From: Amoebidium appalachense
Lineage: Eukaryota; Protista; Ichthyosporea
Assembly (NCBI GenBank): GCA_963693365.1
Contig: CAVNZM010000016.1
Location: 5,811,029-5,875,028 of the forward strand
DNA: 64,000 bases
Direction of reading: 5' to 3'
Shown here: piece by piece, positions 63,069 through 64,000 of the stretch
Layout: each line of letters opens with the position of its first letter
How positions within the stretch are numbered: position 1 is the stretch's first letter
Made by a program: the position numbers and the translations under genes
The notes under the pieces: generated by a model
Seen by the model: only the letters and a program-made list of their open reading frames with translations
What the model was told of the DNA's origin: nothing
The model's database searches: none

Positions 63069-63932
63069 GTTGGCGGGAGCTGCAGGCAGCAAGGCCCTAT
63101 AACTACGCTATGTACTTCAGTAGAGGCGGAGTCGGTCCCCTTTGCTCGAAATCGACCAGAAAAAGAGAATAAGAACTAAGGACATCCACCTGCAAGTACC
63201 ACCTAAAGAGCTCACTGCGACGCTGTTGTTCTAGCCTCGACCAAACAAAAACTATAAACTCAAGCTACTTATGCTTACGAAACCTCAGCTCCTTACGCTA
63301 TCTTTAAATGGACAGTAAGCGCTTCCAAGCGTTTGCGCGTAACATATGCATGTAAGCAGAATCTAAGTGGAAACGCAACAGAACACAATTGCAAACGCTT
63401 CACGAACAAGAGTCCGGGAGGCCTTGTTTCAAGAAGCCAGGATTAGTCTACATAGAAGTGTACAGGGGATGACGTCACAGTGCGTTCTTTATGTGGAAGA
63501 CTACATGAATCTGGCCCGAATCGACTCGATGTTTCGACTACAAACAGTAGAACACTTATGCACCAATTGTTAGTTTTTTTTAATTTTGGTGGTCTCCTAA
63601 GAGTTACGCAAAACTTTTTATTATATCACGGATGCCTGTAACCGGCTTCCATTTACCCGCCAACTATATAAGCTGGCGGCTGGTGTCTCACTCGGCTGGC
63701 CCTCGAAAGCTTCGGTCCACGGTCCATCTTGGTTACGTCAGACATTTGTCGTTCGACAAACGTTAAAAAAGACACCCGTTTACGTTTGGGGGCACAATTC
63801 TCCTTGTGTAGGCGTCCGATTGACGCGCTAGAGATTAGAAAACGTGCAGGGAAAGCGTGGGTAGTCTTGTAGCTTTCGGTAGGCACAAAATCTGCTCGGC
63901 CGTGCTCCGCTGGGGCGGGAGAAGCCATCACC
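63069..63932. promoter_or_regulatory. Divergent promoter region between PRP18 and the next gene
   Basis: Microsatellite-free interval between opposed ATGs; TGACGTCA at 63470, TTACGTCA at 63733, GGGGCGGG near 63912. Confidence 0.5.
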
Positions 63933-63963
63933 ATGGACTACAACCCGTATAACGACTATGCAG
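63933..63963 (+). CDS. First coding exon (MDYNPYNDYA-) of a gene continuing past the window
   Basis: Strong Kozak context caccATGG followed by a CAG|GTAT donor. Too short to assign a product. Confidence 0.5.
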
Positions 63964-64000
63964 GTATCGTCTTTTACGTCGGGTTTTAGTCGTGCGAAGG

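Noticed and set aside
63933-63963. Naming the edge gene (e.g. RPA2-like N-terminus)
   Set aside because: Ten codons are not enough evidence.

Overview
Eukaryotic nuclear DNA, intron-rich and saturated with (CA)n/(GT)n, (GA)n and long poly-C/poly-G tracts. Nearly all ORFs in the supplied track are microsatellite artefacts. Splicing exons by hand gives five genes: (1) a small PIG-Y/Eri1-family gene (+, ~12.4-15.5 kb); (2) a 3-exon tropomyosin-like gene (-, 18547-21815) with an animal-type MEAIKKKM start and an apparent frameshift in exon 1; (3) a ~30-exon, ~1076-aa gene of unrecognised family (-, 23759-51553) with a coiled coil and two predicted TM segments; (4) a complete 10-exon PRP18 splicing-factor gene (-, 53974-63068); (5) the first exon of a divergently transcribed gene at the right edge. 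tRNA-Val(AAC), tRNA-Leu(AAG) and a truncated tRNA-Leu copy lie in introns. The first 12 kb is a duplicated block with decayed intron-containing gene fragments, a probable solo LTR, hairpin tandem repeats and a 5x100-bp array. The most unusual signals are a ~345-nt multi-stem sequence with a 7-bp loop-loop pairing inside an intron (candidate unknown structured RNA, 45628-45972), 3' splice sites built directly on long (CA)n tracts, and the tropomyosin frameshift. Gene content suggests an opisthokont, possibly a unicellular holozoan; that is inference only. All gene models are manual and unverified by transcript data.
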